DNA from: Octopus bimaculoides
Lineage: Eukaryota
Direction: 5' to 3'
Length of the DNA stretch: 64,000 nucleotides
NCBI RefSeq assembly: GCF_001194135.2
Contig: NC_068993.1
Span: 25,951,491-26,015,490, forward strand
A program made the translations under genes and the position numbers. Shown here piece after piece: positions 51,239 through 63,726 of this stretch; position 1 is the stretch's first letter, and each line of letters opens with the position of its first letter. Under the pieces are notes generated by a model. The model was given only the letters and a program-made list of their open reading frames with translations, did no database searches and was not told the origin of the DNA.

Positions 51239-52120
51239 NNNNNNNNNNNNNNNNNNNNNNNNNNNNNNNNNNNNNNNNNNNNNNNNNNNNNNNNNNNNNN
51301 NNNNNNNNNNNNNNNNNNNNNNNNNNNNNNNNNNNNNNNNNNNNNNNNNNNNNNNNNNNNNNNNNNNNNNNNNNNNNNNNNNNNNNNNNNNNNNNNNNNN
51401 NNNNNNNNNNNNNNNNNNNNNNNNNNNNNNNNNNNNNNNNNNNNNNNNNNNNNNNNNNNNNNNNNNNNNNNNNNNNNNNNNNNNNNNNNNNNNNNNNNNN
51501 NNNNNNNNNNNNNNNNNNNNNNNNNNNNNNNNNNNNNNNNNNNNNNNNNNNNNNNNNNNNNNNNNNNNNNNNNNNNNNNNNNNNNNNNNNNNNNNNNNNN
51601 NNNNNNNNNNNNNNNNNNNNNNNNNNNNNNNNNNNNNNNNNNATATATATATATATATATATAAGGTGCAGGTGTGGCTGTTTTTGTAAGAAATACACAT
51701 CAGCATATAGGTATGATTGCATGGTTAAAAAATCTGCTTTGTAAGTGTGATTCTGGACTTGTTCAAGGTGTAACTGAAATATGATATATGAAAACTATGC
51801 AGAAGCCCAACAGATACACACACATACATGCATGTGTTTGTGCATGCAAATATCTATTCATCTGTTCTTTTAATGTTTTTATAGATTGGACTGTGGCCAT
51901 GTCTTTAGCTGTTTCAGTTTAATTACATCCACTTCAGCTATTATTTCAGTATAGTCTTTATTTTATTGATCTATGATTATCAAATTGAGGAGCTACACTT
52001 TTTAACACAAAATTGTTATTTAGATCAGTAAAGAAACATGATGCACTTCTACCTATAAGATGAAGAAAATACTGGGGAGGGGCCATTTCCCATTATGTTA
52101 TAACCAGAGTTTGTGACAAG

Positions 52121-52290
52121 GCAAAATGGTTAGTGGCATTTCAGCCATCTAAATTCCGCCAAAGTTGACTTTGCTTTTCATCCTTTCAGAGTTGGTAAAG
52201 TAAAAACCAGTTGACCATTAGGGTCAATTTAATCGACTTTGCCCCACCCCTGAAACTGCTGGCCTTGTGCCACTATTTGAAACTAATATT
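52121..52290 (+). mobile_element. SINE family D copy
   Basis: aaattccgccaaagttgactttgcttttcatcctttcagag..ggccttgtgcc. Confidence 0.75.
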
Positions 52291-53640
52291 ACAATGACCT
52301 TAACAAAATCCTAGGATAACTAATCTCTTTTAGAAAATTATAAATGAAATAAAAGTTTAAGTTTGTGTTTGCATCAGTAACACCAACAAAGATACAAGTC
52401 TGTCTAACAGACTTTACCAATCCCTTTCGGCTTGTCTGATGACTTTCAAAATGATAAACATTAAAAATACTTTGCTTTCCTTACTTATTTAATCTTTCTG
52501 TGTGCGACACACTATTAAATGGTGGTGGTATATTGAACCAAGCTGAAAATAATGAAGATTAAAAGCGATTAAATCTTATCAACTGAAGATTTCACTCATA
52601 GCTGTTTGAATTCCCAAGTTCCAGCACACATCACATTTTCTAATTCTCCACCAACAATCATTGTAACAGATAGAAAAATGTTTAATAATAAAAGAGCAGA
52701 CTTCATCAAAACTAGCAGTATAAGCAGGAGTTAACAGATTCAAAACAAAAATATGACTTCTAATAAATATAATAATTCTGTGTTCCATAGGTTCTATTGT
52801 GGGTTTTTGTCTCGAATTTTAGATAATTTTCTATCTCTACACAACCTCAACACACTTAAATTTTTTTTCCTTCCTTTCAGCTTTAGTTTGGCCAATTTTC
52901 CTGACTTTATCATTTTCAATCTTTCCATCCAGCTTTAACTGTTCCAATTCCTGTGACAGAACAAAAGTACCTTAATCCCATATAAAAATACTAGTTGACA
53001 ATAGAATAGGAAATGAAGAACAGAGAGCAAAGAATGGGTCATTGAGAAGAAAGGAAGCAGTCAGTGGATAAAGGCAAAATGGTCAGTCAGTTGTCTGATA
53101 AAGCTTTTTAAGAACAACCAATCACAAATGATATGAAATAAGAAAAACAAAGCCTTTTACTCCTATCATAATACCCTGCAGGCTAAGTGCAACATCTTTC
53201 ATTCTCTCCTCCCTGTGCCTGTGAAATCTTGTATCCCTGCTGTAAGGCTTTATTTCCACACACGCCAGCTTAATTTAATTCATCCTTAGTCGAAAGGTAC
53301 CTGTTGTTATGTCCTGTTATTATTTTATTGTATTTGTGTAACATTATTCGTTTTTTTCCGTCCTTGTTTTTGTATACATTCGCTGCTTTCTTCCAAGGGA
53401 TCTAATGCTCTTAGCTTAGTTTTTCCTTAGGGCTGGCCAGATTGGAGCAATATCGAGTATAACCAGCCGAAATTGCAAATATAATCTGGATCTCAACTGA
53501 TGAAAGAAAACTCCAATGACCTGTCCTTGTTTTCTTTGTATCGTCTATCTGGATGTTTTGTTGTCCTTTTCTTGTATCACCTAACTGCCTGGATGTTTTG
53601 CGTTCTTGTCCCATTTTGTATTATATATATATTATATATA

Positions 53641-53936
53641 TCATCATCATCATCATCATCGTTTAACGTCCGCTTCCCATGCTAGCATGGGTTGGACGAT
53701 TTGACTGAGGACTGGTGAACCAGATGGCTATACCAGGTTCCAATCTGATTTGGCAGAGTTTCTACAGCTGGATGCCCTTCCTAACGCCAACCACTCCGAG
53801 AGTGTAGTGGGTGCTTTTATGTGCCACTGGTACAAAGGCCAGTCAGGCGGTACTGGCAACGGCCACGCTCAAAATGGTGTATTTTACGTGCTACCTGCAC
53901 AGGAGTCAGTCCAGCGGCACTGGCAATGATCTCGCT
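53641..53936 (-). mobile_element. RTE 3'UTR-only copy
   Basis: (CAT)n gtttaacgtccgcttcccatgctagcatgggttggacg..ctacagctggatgcccttcctaacgccaaccac matches 59330-59480; two ~65-bp repeat units. Confidence 0.8.
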
Positions 53937-55000
53937 CATCTCCATACATACACACAACATATATACAGTATATGAAGTTATCACAGTTTAACAACTATAG
54001 AGCATCAATTCTATTCTGTTATGCCTCTCAAACTTCTTCACTGTAATTTGGTTTTATTTTCAGCTGTGAACCACAACTATGAAACTGTCATTCCCATCTC
54101 TACAAAACATATTGATACTGTGCACCAGTGATTCTTAAGGTTTTTTTTTTTTTTTTTTGGTAACATTGTCTCTTTGCATTTACAAACTTTTTTCAACACC
54201 CACTTTTTGCTTCATATGCACTTGCATATCTACCAGTTAACATTTATCACTATATTCCAGTTTATAGTTGTATTTTCTGTGAGTTCACACACATATGTAC
54301 ACACATGGATTTCTCTGTCCATGTGCAAATTTACACGTCAGTTTACACACATGGATGATGAGCTCAACAAATGACACTTATAGCTAGAGCTGACACCATT
54401 CAAGCATCAACAAATTCATATATATGCACACACATAAGGATGTGATCTAATACTACAAGTGTAATGACCTCCTTTATTGCATGTATGGAAATAACCACAA
54501 ATTTTGACAAAGACTTTTGAATTATATTTTGTTTATAATTTACATGCATAGGTGATACGTAGTCAGTTTTGTTTATTTAATTATTTACATATGAAAGTCT
54601 ATTATTATTGTTGATGTTGTAATTGTAGCTCAGAATTTATCTTGATGCTCTATTTGAAGTTTAGAAGACAAACAACTGCACAAATTCTCCATACCATGAC
54701 TTGTTCCCACATCCATAGACAATTGTACGCTGCCAACATTCACAAGCACTGCCATACATATAGGAGAACAACACACTATCGATTGCAATCTTCCATTACC
54801 AAAACAAAACAAATGATGCGATGTAACACATGGCTGGTTTCACCTCCTTGTCTGAGTGAATCCCTTGAACAAATGACTAACACAACATCATCACCTTCTC
54901 CACTCACTGATTCACCATCATCATTACCCACAATCCAGTCATGTTCCCTCACTTAATAATCACTGACATCCCAACAACAATTAGCATATATATATATCAT

Positions 55001-55056
<56 letters not shown>

Positions 55057-55809
55057 CTGTACAACATGCAGCTGGCCTCTGGAAAAACCAACATGTATTG
55101 GTTTGATGGGAATACCAGCTTAATTTACTTTCAAATTTCACATAAACAAATGGAGGTGGAGATGAGAGGAAGGACTTGAGCAAAGAAGGGAGAGAAAGGC
55201 GAAGGCAAGAAGACAGAAAGAGATACAAATAATGTTAGGAAGAATTATAAATAACTACACCAAAATAAAGAAGAGCATGAGGTGAGAAGCAAGACATTCA
55301 CCGAGGATATTCATCACTGACACCACGAAGAGTCATAGGGTACAGATATACAGAACAGCGTGCCCTTGGTATAACATGGTAAGGTATGTATCATGTATGT
55401 GATAATGTTAAGACACATTGCCTAGACAATGCAATCATAGCATTTTCCTTATATAACAAAATATATAACACGAGAATAAACCATATATCATATGTTTACT
55501 TATGCTTTGTCGTGTTTGCATGGATTGAATGGGTCTTTTCTTACCATTTGTTGTGGTTCTTTGCCATCAAAATAAACCATCAGTACCCTTCAATAGTTTT
55601 ATTAGCATAAACATCTTTCTTTCTGGATGCAAGTGAATGGTTGAGCACTCTGATGAAACAGTGTGAACAGACTTTTCAAATGATAATTTTGGATTTCTCT
55701 TTTATGAATATGGCTTTTTATTGCTGCTGAGCAATTATACTATATAATATATGAGGTAACAATACTTTCATTAGATTATACTTCTGTAATTTTCTAGTAA
55801 TAATATGAA

Positions 55810-55920
55810 TCAAAGTGCTTTTGTCCTCTCGGGGTCAATAAAAGTTAAATACTGGGGTCAATGTAATCAACTTACCGCTGCCCTGAAATTGCAGGCCTTG
55901 TGCCAAAATTTGAATCAATA
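55810..55920 (+). mobile_element. SINE family D 3' half
   Basis: ggggtcaatgtaatcaac..gcaggccttgtgccaaaatttgaatcaata. Confidence 0.7.
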
Positions 55921-56329
55921 CGAATCAAGGTGTTTCAGAAGAAAATATTTGATGGTTGATGGTACCCTGTTACAAGCTTGTTTTACTTCAATAGCCTCAT
56001 TTTAGTCATTCAGACTTAGGTCAAGTTTCTTACCATTGTAATGTCTTGCAGCTACTTTAAAAAAGTTCAACTAAAAGTTGCTAAGTACTTTAAGTGGAAC
56101 AAATGTCTTAAATCTAACAGCACTACTAGCTTGTCTTTTTATGACTTATTAGATCCCTACTTATTGATGCTTAATACAAACATAAAAAGTAAAATTAAGA
56201 ATGAACCAACGATGATAAATATGTCGAAAATATAGGCGTTTGTAAATGTGTGATGGTAAAAACAAATCGCAACCTCTTCACAAACCACTCTTGCAAACTA
56301 TGTCATCAATGAGCTGGTGTTACAGCTGC

Positions 56330-56941
56330 TGTAACATTCCAAACTATACCTAGGGCTAGTCTGGGCCAGGCCAGAGTATACCCCTGACCAGACTATACCC
56401 CATGCTTACGGACAAATAACAAAGCTGTACCTCACTTGTAAAAGTTGCCTCAGAACATATGTAAAATTTTATATCAATTGATGAAGAATTTAAAGTTACA
56501 TGTAAATTTCAATTTAAACATAGCCAGTTAGAATTATCAAATGCAAATATTCAATGTACCATTATAAATGCAATGGATAGGTCGATTGGAAACCAATTGA
56601 CAACTCGTGCATGCTGTGCAGCACATCTGTACTGTGAGTTATAGCCTAGACTTGCGCAAATGTGGCCATTGGTGTTGCATTTATATTGGTACATTTTAAA
56701 GTATATTGCATTTGATAATTCTAAATTGCTATGTTTAAATCGAAATTTACTAGTAACTTTTAATTCTTCATCGAGTGACATCAAATTTTATATATGTTCT
56801 GAGGCAACTTTTATAAGTGAGGTACATCTGTGTTGTTTGTCCGCAAGCAGGAGGTATAGTCTGGACAGGAGTATATTCTGGCCTGATTGTTTGGATGGCC
56901 CTGGGTATAATCTGGGCAGGGGTATATTCTGGGCTGTTACA
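56330..56941. mobile_element. Fold-back MITE with ~265-bp TIRs and TGT..ACA ends (Ginger-like)
   Basis: 56330-~56595 is the diverged reverse complement of ~56670-56941. Termini TGTAACA / TGTTACA; subterminal ccagactataccc-type repeats; flanks ctgc / cagc. Confidence 0.7.
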
Positions 56942-57341
56942 CAGCTAATTTTCAATTCTGTTTAGACTTGTTGCACCCATACCCCTGCACCAGTCAAGCC
57001 TGCATTCAAGTATGTGCTTGTCGCCGCACATGCATTCTATCTGTAAGGCTTTTTTTAACACATAAATTAGGGGTTCTGTGTAATGCATGCATGTTCAATG
57101 GTTCCAGTTTTAGCTAAAACTGAAAAAACCTAGGATTTTGAACATTATAAATCTGAAAATTGGTGACCCCTTTGCAGATCCCTAAAATTGGTCGATGAAC
57201 CCCAGTTTGGGAACCAAGGTTCTATAGTGTAATAAAGATATAATTTGATAAAATAAAATACATCTAGCTGCATGGACCATTTTCTACATGATGTAGTATA
57301 CACAATGATTTCCATACATAACTGTATAGGATTCTAGACAG

Positions 57342-57412
<71 letters not shown>

Positions 57413-57419
57413 TTATAAT

Positions 57420-57450
<31 letters not shown>

Positions 57451-57522
57451 CACACTCATATATGTATACACACACATATATGTATGTATGTGTATATGTA
57501 TATATATATATATGCATACATA

Positions 57523-57850
57523 GGTGCAGGAGTGGCTGTGTGATAAGAAGCTTGCTTCCCACCCACATGGTTCAGGGTTCAGTCTCATTGCGTGGCACCT
57601 TGGGCAAGTGTCGTCTACTGTAGCCTTGGGCCTACCAAAGCTCTGTGTGTGTTTGTCTCCCCACCACACCATTGTTTGACAACTAATGTCGGTGTGTTTA
57701 TGTCCCTATAAATTAGTGGTTCGGCAAAAGAGAGCAATAGAATAAATACCAGGCTTACAAAGAAAAAGCCCTGGTGTTGATCTGTTTGACTAAAGGCAGT
57801 GCTCCAGCATGGTCGCAGTCAAATGACTGAGACAAGCAAAAGAGTAAAAG
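57523..57850 (+). mobile_element. SINE family A copy (internal deletion)
   Basis: Same head and tail as 47252-47648. Confidence 0.85.
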
Positions 57851-57873
57851 AAAATATACATATGTATACACAT

Positions 57874-57924
<51 letters not shown>

Positions 57925-58063
57925 NNNNNNNNNNNNNNNNNNNNNNNNNNNNNNNNNNNNNNNNNNNNNNNNNNNNNNNNNNNNNNNNNNNNNNNNNNNN
58001 NNNNNNNNNNNNNNNNNNNNNNNNNNNNNNNNNNNNNNNNNNNNNNNNNNNNNNNNNNNNNNN

Positions 58064-58094
<31 letters not shown>

Positions 58095-59329
58095 ACTGTA
58101 TAGGCTAGATTCCACACAGTAATGGCTGTAGACTTGCTCTTCTGTTTAAATATTCGACTGAAAAACCACAAGTAATCAAATTATATAGAACAATTTATTT
58201 TCAATGATTAACAAACAATGCCAAAAATGACTAGACCCTCTGCCTCCCACTCCAAACAGGGTAAAATTATTCCTTGCATAATTTTCTGTACTGTGTTATA
58301 ATGTTGAACAATTATGCACAGAAAAAGAATAAAATGAGAGAAAATGGGGTTAAAAGGGGGGGGGGGATGTGAATAAAAATAAAAACAAAACTGTTGCAGA
58401 TAGGTGAGAAACCTATGAGGATTGCAACTGTTCATAGGTTACTTTTATGTAATCTAATAGTGTATTGATTTTTAGCCTTTTTAGTTACATACAATGTCGA
58501 TGGAGAGCTTTGCCCCAAAGCCAGGACTAGCTTCTGCTCTTCTATACTTGGCTTTTGGCCCTGCAACTCTGAATTCTCTATTGACTTCTTTGGACAAACA
58601 TCGGCAAGTAGAGGCTTTCAGAATTTAAGCCTTTAAGTCATACAACTCTGCCAATTCCCAAAACTGTTCAACTTTTACAGCAACTTAACTTACACAAAAC
58701 AAAAAGCCATCTATCTTCTTTCAACCACAATTAGCATTTCCAGCAATTTCAATTCCTATGAGAGGTTTCTAATTCCTCACCAATCACGCACAAACAGATG
58801 TTTCAATTATTCCCTGTTAGTAGATGTCTACACTCACTTTGCTGTTGCCAGCTTCTTTAGATTATACTTTTATCTCATTTACACTTTAAACAATAATTTC
58901 AAGTAACAGAAGTAATAGAATATGATTTAGTTTTCCACAGGCAATGGGTTAAATATATTTAACATCCTAAAAGTCAACCCTTGAGAATGTGCAAGAGAAA
59001 GATTGTTCAACTAATTAAACCACAAGTTGTTGATAGTTGAAACATTAACATTGGAAGATGGATTGCTGGAACAATAATTTTGAATCCAGCCAATTATTTC
59101 AAATTAACACCAGCTTAGTGGTGGTGGTGGTGATGATGATGATGATGATCACCACCACCATACATACACTTGATAAAAGTGATAGTATGTTGGTAGCTGG
59201 GAGTCAATAATCATTAGAGAAGGTCACCAAATAAGTCATAAACTGTCTCTATCGTTTCAGAAAATTATTCACATAATTAGTTTGGTCATAAGGTAAGAAT
59301 AAATGTGTATCAACAACAATAATAATGAT

Positions 59330-60890
59330 ATCATCATCATCGTTTAACATCCGTTTTCCATGATGGCATGGTCTGGACAGTTTGATCGAGGCCTGGAGAG
59401 CCAGCAGCTGCATCAGGCTCCAATCAGATCTGGCATAATTTCTACAGCTGGATGCCCTTCTTAATGCCAACCACTCTGAGTGTAGTGGGTACTTTTTACG
59501 TGCCGCTGGCACCGGAGCCAGTCGGGCAGGCTGGCATTGATCACATTCAGATAGTGCTTTTTACATGCCACCAGCACAAGAGCCAGTCAGGGGGTACTGG
59601 CATTGGCCATGTTTGGATGGTGTTTTTTTACATGCCACTGGCATGGGAGCCAGTCAGGGGACACAGGCATCAACCATGTTCGGATGATGCATTTTACGTG
59701 CCACTGTAACAGGAGCCAGACAGGAGGCACTGGCCACAGCTACGATTTTGGTTTTACTTGACTCAATAGGTCTTCTTAAGCATATCATATTGCCTGACGC
59801 ATCAAGGGTACTCTTAAATGGGCCAAATATGCAACACTGGCATTGGCCATGGCTGTGATCTCACTTTAGTTGCTGGGTCTTCTCAATCACAGCATGTCTC
59901 CAAAGGTCTTGGTCTCCTGTCATTGCCTCTGTGAGGCCCAATGTTCGAAGGTCATGCTTCATCACCTCATCCCATGTCTTCCTGGGTCTTACCTCTTCCA
60001 CAGGTTCCTTCCACAGTTAAGGTGTGGCACTTCCTCACACAGCTGTCCTCATCCATACATAACACATGAACATACCAGCACAGTCATCTCTCTTGCACAC
60101 CGCATTTGATACTTCTTATGTACAGCTTTTCTCTCAGGACACTTACACTCCGTCATGTATGCACACCGACATTACACATGCAGTACATCATACTAGCTTC
60201 ATTTCTTTCAAGCCTACGCATGTCCTCAGCAGTCATGGCCCACGTTTCACAGCCGTGTAGCATGGTAGTTTGCACACATGCATCATACAGTCTACCATTC
60301 ATCCTGAGTGAGAGGCCCTTAGTTGCCAGCAGAGGTAGGAGCTCCCTGAACTTTGCCCAGGCTATTCTTATTCTAGACACTACTTCTGGTTTTTCCTCCT
60401 GGCACGTGATGGAATTTGTTTTCTGTACATCTTCAGTGTTTATTGCACCTGTGCATCTGCCACACACAAAAACTATCTTCCCGGTTAACCTTTCTTTGAT
60501 ATTGCTGCACCTTTTATGTGTCCATAGAGTACATCGTATGGAGTTTCTACCCACACCTTTTTTACAGATCAAGCAGGGTCATCTACCTGAAGGGGTTTGT
60601 GATTTGTCAGCCTTCCTACTTACTAGGACTTTGGTTTTAGCTAGGTTAACCCTAAGGCCCTTTGATTCTAGACCTTGCTTTCACACCCTAAACTTTGTCT
60701 CTAGTTCTAGCAGTGACTCTCTGCTGATGACCTATTAGAGCAAGGTCATCAGTATAGAGGAGCCCCCAGGAGCAGCCTGTCTTGAATTCTTGTTATTGCC
60801 TGGAGGACTATAATGAATAAAAGAGGGCTGAGGACTGATCCTTAGTGAACCCATACTTCTACCTGGAATTCTTCACTATACTCGCTGCTA
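59330..60890 (-). mobile_element. 5'-truncated RTE-clade LINE (RT C-terminal half, PHD-like insert, 3'UTR, (GAT)n tail)
   Basis: Minus frames give GSVLSPLLFIIV, LYTDDLALI, RIRIAWAKFRELLPLL, LYDACVQTTMLHGCETW, DLWRHAV with stop at 59863-59861. The 3'UTR has ~65-bp repeats and ends ..gttaaacgatgatgatgat. Confidence 0.88.
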
Positions 60891-61139
60891 AATCTCACCT
60901 TACTGACAATAATAAAGTGACAACTGCACTGACATCTACAAAACTAAACATTACTATAAAGAAACTTATCACAAGGTATACTGATAAAAAACCCCATCAT
61001 AATCATCTCTTCTCCCCACCCCAAAACCACCACTACTGCTGCCGCCACCATCCCCACCACCACCGCCAATTTTAAGTATTCCTCAAATCTTTGAGAAGTA
61101 AAAGGAACTAATTTATAAATAGATATCTTTGGGTTAAGG

Positions 61140-61271
61140 CAAGCATGGGCAAACGTTTTCAAGACATGGGCCAAATGGGACACAGCTGCACTACTAAAAA
61201 AATTCACGATAATTTTTTTTGTTAGGCATGCCATTCAGAAAATTTTGCGGGCCACAGGTTGTCCATGACTG
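61140..61271. mobile_element. Degenerate hAT-like MITE
   Basis: Ends caagcatgggcaaac and gttgtccatgactg are imperfect inverted repeats; no TSD recognisable. Confidence 0.4.
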
Positions 61272-61931
61272 GACAATTTTTGCAAAAGGAGAATACTATG
61301 GATTAAACTGACTCTATATGGTTTATACTTAATTTATCCAAAATCCAAATTTGATATGAACTCAGAACCAAGAGGTATAAAACTAGAAACCACAAAATAC
61401 CCAGTATGATGTAGTACAATCTCAGTTATTTCAAGTTTTATCCAATTTATGAATGCTGGTAAGATAAACATTCCTTTCCTTGCACTTAATTTGCATGTGC
61501 ACATGCATGCATGCACGCACATGTGCGTGCACACACACACATCCTTCCAGCAGTTTCACTTGCAGGAATTGAAATCTAGGCCTGCTCTGTCTTTGCTATT
61601 TTTTCTATCAAAGGTGAAGGTAATTTGAATGTGAGCAGCACTAATCCCATATGTTGCACTCAACAGAGTGAATTGTTAGTACCAAATGGGTTTTACCTCG
61701 GATAACTACAAAATGTGGTTTTTATGCATGCATGCATGTGCATGTGCACACACTCACTGTTCATTAGTTCATTGTTTTGGTGTTTTTGCTGATGCCTTTT
61801 TAGATATCCAATCATTCTGTTCATGCAGACTAACCCAGCTTACAACTGTTTCACAGTCGTCTTATTTTGTGAGGTTTGTTTAGTGTTAAACTCTCTACAC
61901 ATCTCTTCTTACACATTTATTTTACTACTTC

Positions 61932-62157
61932 ACCTACTTAGCATTAAAACTGGCCATATCCGGCCAAAATATTCTACCTGTTTTATTTTGAAACAGGCTA
62001 GATTTGGCCTCTCACACTTACCCTCTAATATTATTCTAGGAATAAACAATCATATCACTGAAACCTGAAAGCTACAAGATAATGAATAATTAATTCAAAA
62101 CAATGTGAATAAATAAGCATTACATTTGATAGAGAAATCTGAATACTAAAGGGTTAA
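61932..62157 (-). mobile_element. piggyBac-like MITE, copy 2
   Basis: Ends aatctgaatactaaaggg-TTAA; same family as 43216-43431. Confidence 0.6.
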
Positions 62158-62744
62158 AGACAATGAGAGATAAACAAGGCAAAAAGATACAACAAAAACT
62201 AAGATGATCATATTTGCTAGTCGTAAGCTTTCTGGGTGTTTTGTAATGTGAGTAACAAAACTTTATGTTAACTCATCATCTACTCAACAGCAAATCTATC
62301 TTCTCTATTTAATATTCATTTTTCCCAAATAAATATGTGATTAGTTTCTAACATTCCACAAACTGTTAGCGGTAAAAGATAACAAACTACAAGGTTATGA
62401 CTGTTGAAAATTTGTCATCACTGAGTCGTGCCTTTACATATGTAATTTTACTGTTTGTTTTGTCTGACTAAAAAACAAAGACAAGCCTACCATAAAACTG
62501 TTTCACTTGAAATGAAGGGGATTTAAACATACTGCCATAGTAAATGTCATTGCAGATTAAACTTTAATTGAACAAACGTAGTCAGTAGATCAAAAACTCA
62601 GACTAAGACTAGCTGAACAGAAATACCACCTCTACTTCAAAGTTTGATTTTTATCTATAGGAACAGGAGCAGCTGTCCAATTGTTAAATGAGTTGCTCAA
62701 CAATTCATATGCAAAAATCCAAATAATAACAACAATTGTTTAAA

Positions 62745-63132
62745 ATTTTGGCACAAAGCCAGCAATTTTGAAGAGAGGATACATCAGCCCCAGGACTTGA
62801 CTGCTATTTTATTTTCGTGACAAAAGGCAAAGTTGACCATGGCAGGATTTGAGCTCAGAACATAAAGAGTCAGAAGAAATGCTACTAAGCATTTTGTCCA
62901 ATGCACTAACAATTCTACCAGCATGCCTAATAATAATGATTTCAAATTTTGGCACAAGGTCAATAATTCCAGTGGAGTGATTACATCACCTCCACCCCAA
63001 GTGCTCAACTCATACTTGTTTTACTGGCACAAAAATGATGAAAGGCAAAGGTGAGCTCAGCAGAACTTGAACTGAGAATGTAAGGACAGATGAAATGCCA
63101 CTAAGCAGCCCAGCATGCTGCCTTAGCATGCC

Positions 63133-63133
<1 letters not shown>
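62745..63133 (-). mobile_element. Two head-to-tail SINE family D copies
   Basis: aattttggcacaa..gcatgcct occurs twice, separated by a short (AAT)n. Confidence 0.75.
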
Positions 63134-63168
<35 letters not shown>

Positions 63169-63170
63169 TG

Positions 63171-63726
63171 ATGCCCGGATGCAGTACCAGGCGGTGGCTC
63201 TCATGGCTTCTGATCTTAATTGATTGGAAGTGTTATCATGTACATTGTTTCGTCTTGGTATAAACGATAGGCTACAGCAAATATTCTGCTTAATACCACA
63301 GATTTGCTTGTCAGTTGTTTGACCTTAACCAGTTGAGCATGTCCATTGATGGCTGACGATATGTGCACCTCTGATCATGAGCAGAAGTAGTGGGGGAGCA
63401 TCATAGCCATGTGTTGAGAGGAATTCTTTGGGGTTTGAATAATTTACCTTTGGAAACATGGGTGTTTTGCTCAACATCCTTAAACAAACCTTATTCAGGG
63501 ACCTTTTGAGTGGGATGGGCTACTCGACCTGAAGAAAATTCTAACTGGGCCCCACCTGCGAAGTCATGCGCTGTTTATCTTGATATGAGATTACCATGTT
63601 GCGCACATATGGTTGTGATGCATGTGCCTGGTGTACTCTTGTCAGACAGGTAGTCATGATGGGTATAATGGTCTTCGTACATTTTACCCCAGTGTCACTT
63701 TGATGGCATGCACTGCTCTCTCACTC
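63171..63726 (-). mobile_element. Unclassified ~556-bp element flanked on both sides by (AAT)n
   Basis: GC-richer non-coding block with sharp edges between (AAT)n runs 63134-63166 and 63727-63755; no A/B boxes or TIRs seen. Single copy in this window, so mobility and orientation are inferred. Confidence 0.5.

Noticed and set aside
53281-53480. Twice-repeated TCCTTAG..CGAAA plus palindromic hexamer (GGTACC, TTGCAA) with a GGCTGG/CCAGCC stem, hammerhead-like in layout
   Set aside because: No CUGANGA core on the correct side and no valid NUH triplet. Could be a divergent structured motif of an unknown repeat, but unsupported without a family alignment.
54642-54956. 104-aa ORF, possibly an old LINE remnant
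   Set aside because: No diagnostic RT or endonuclease motif recognised.
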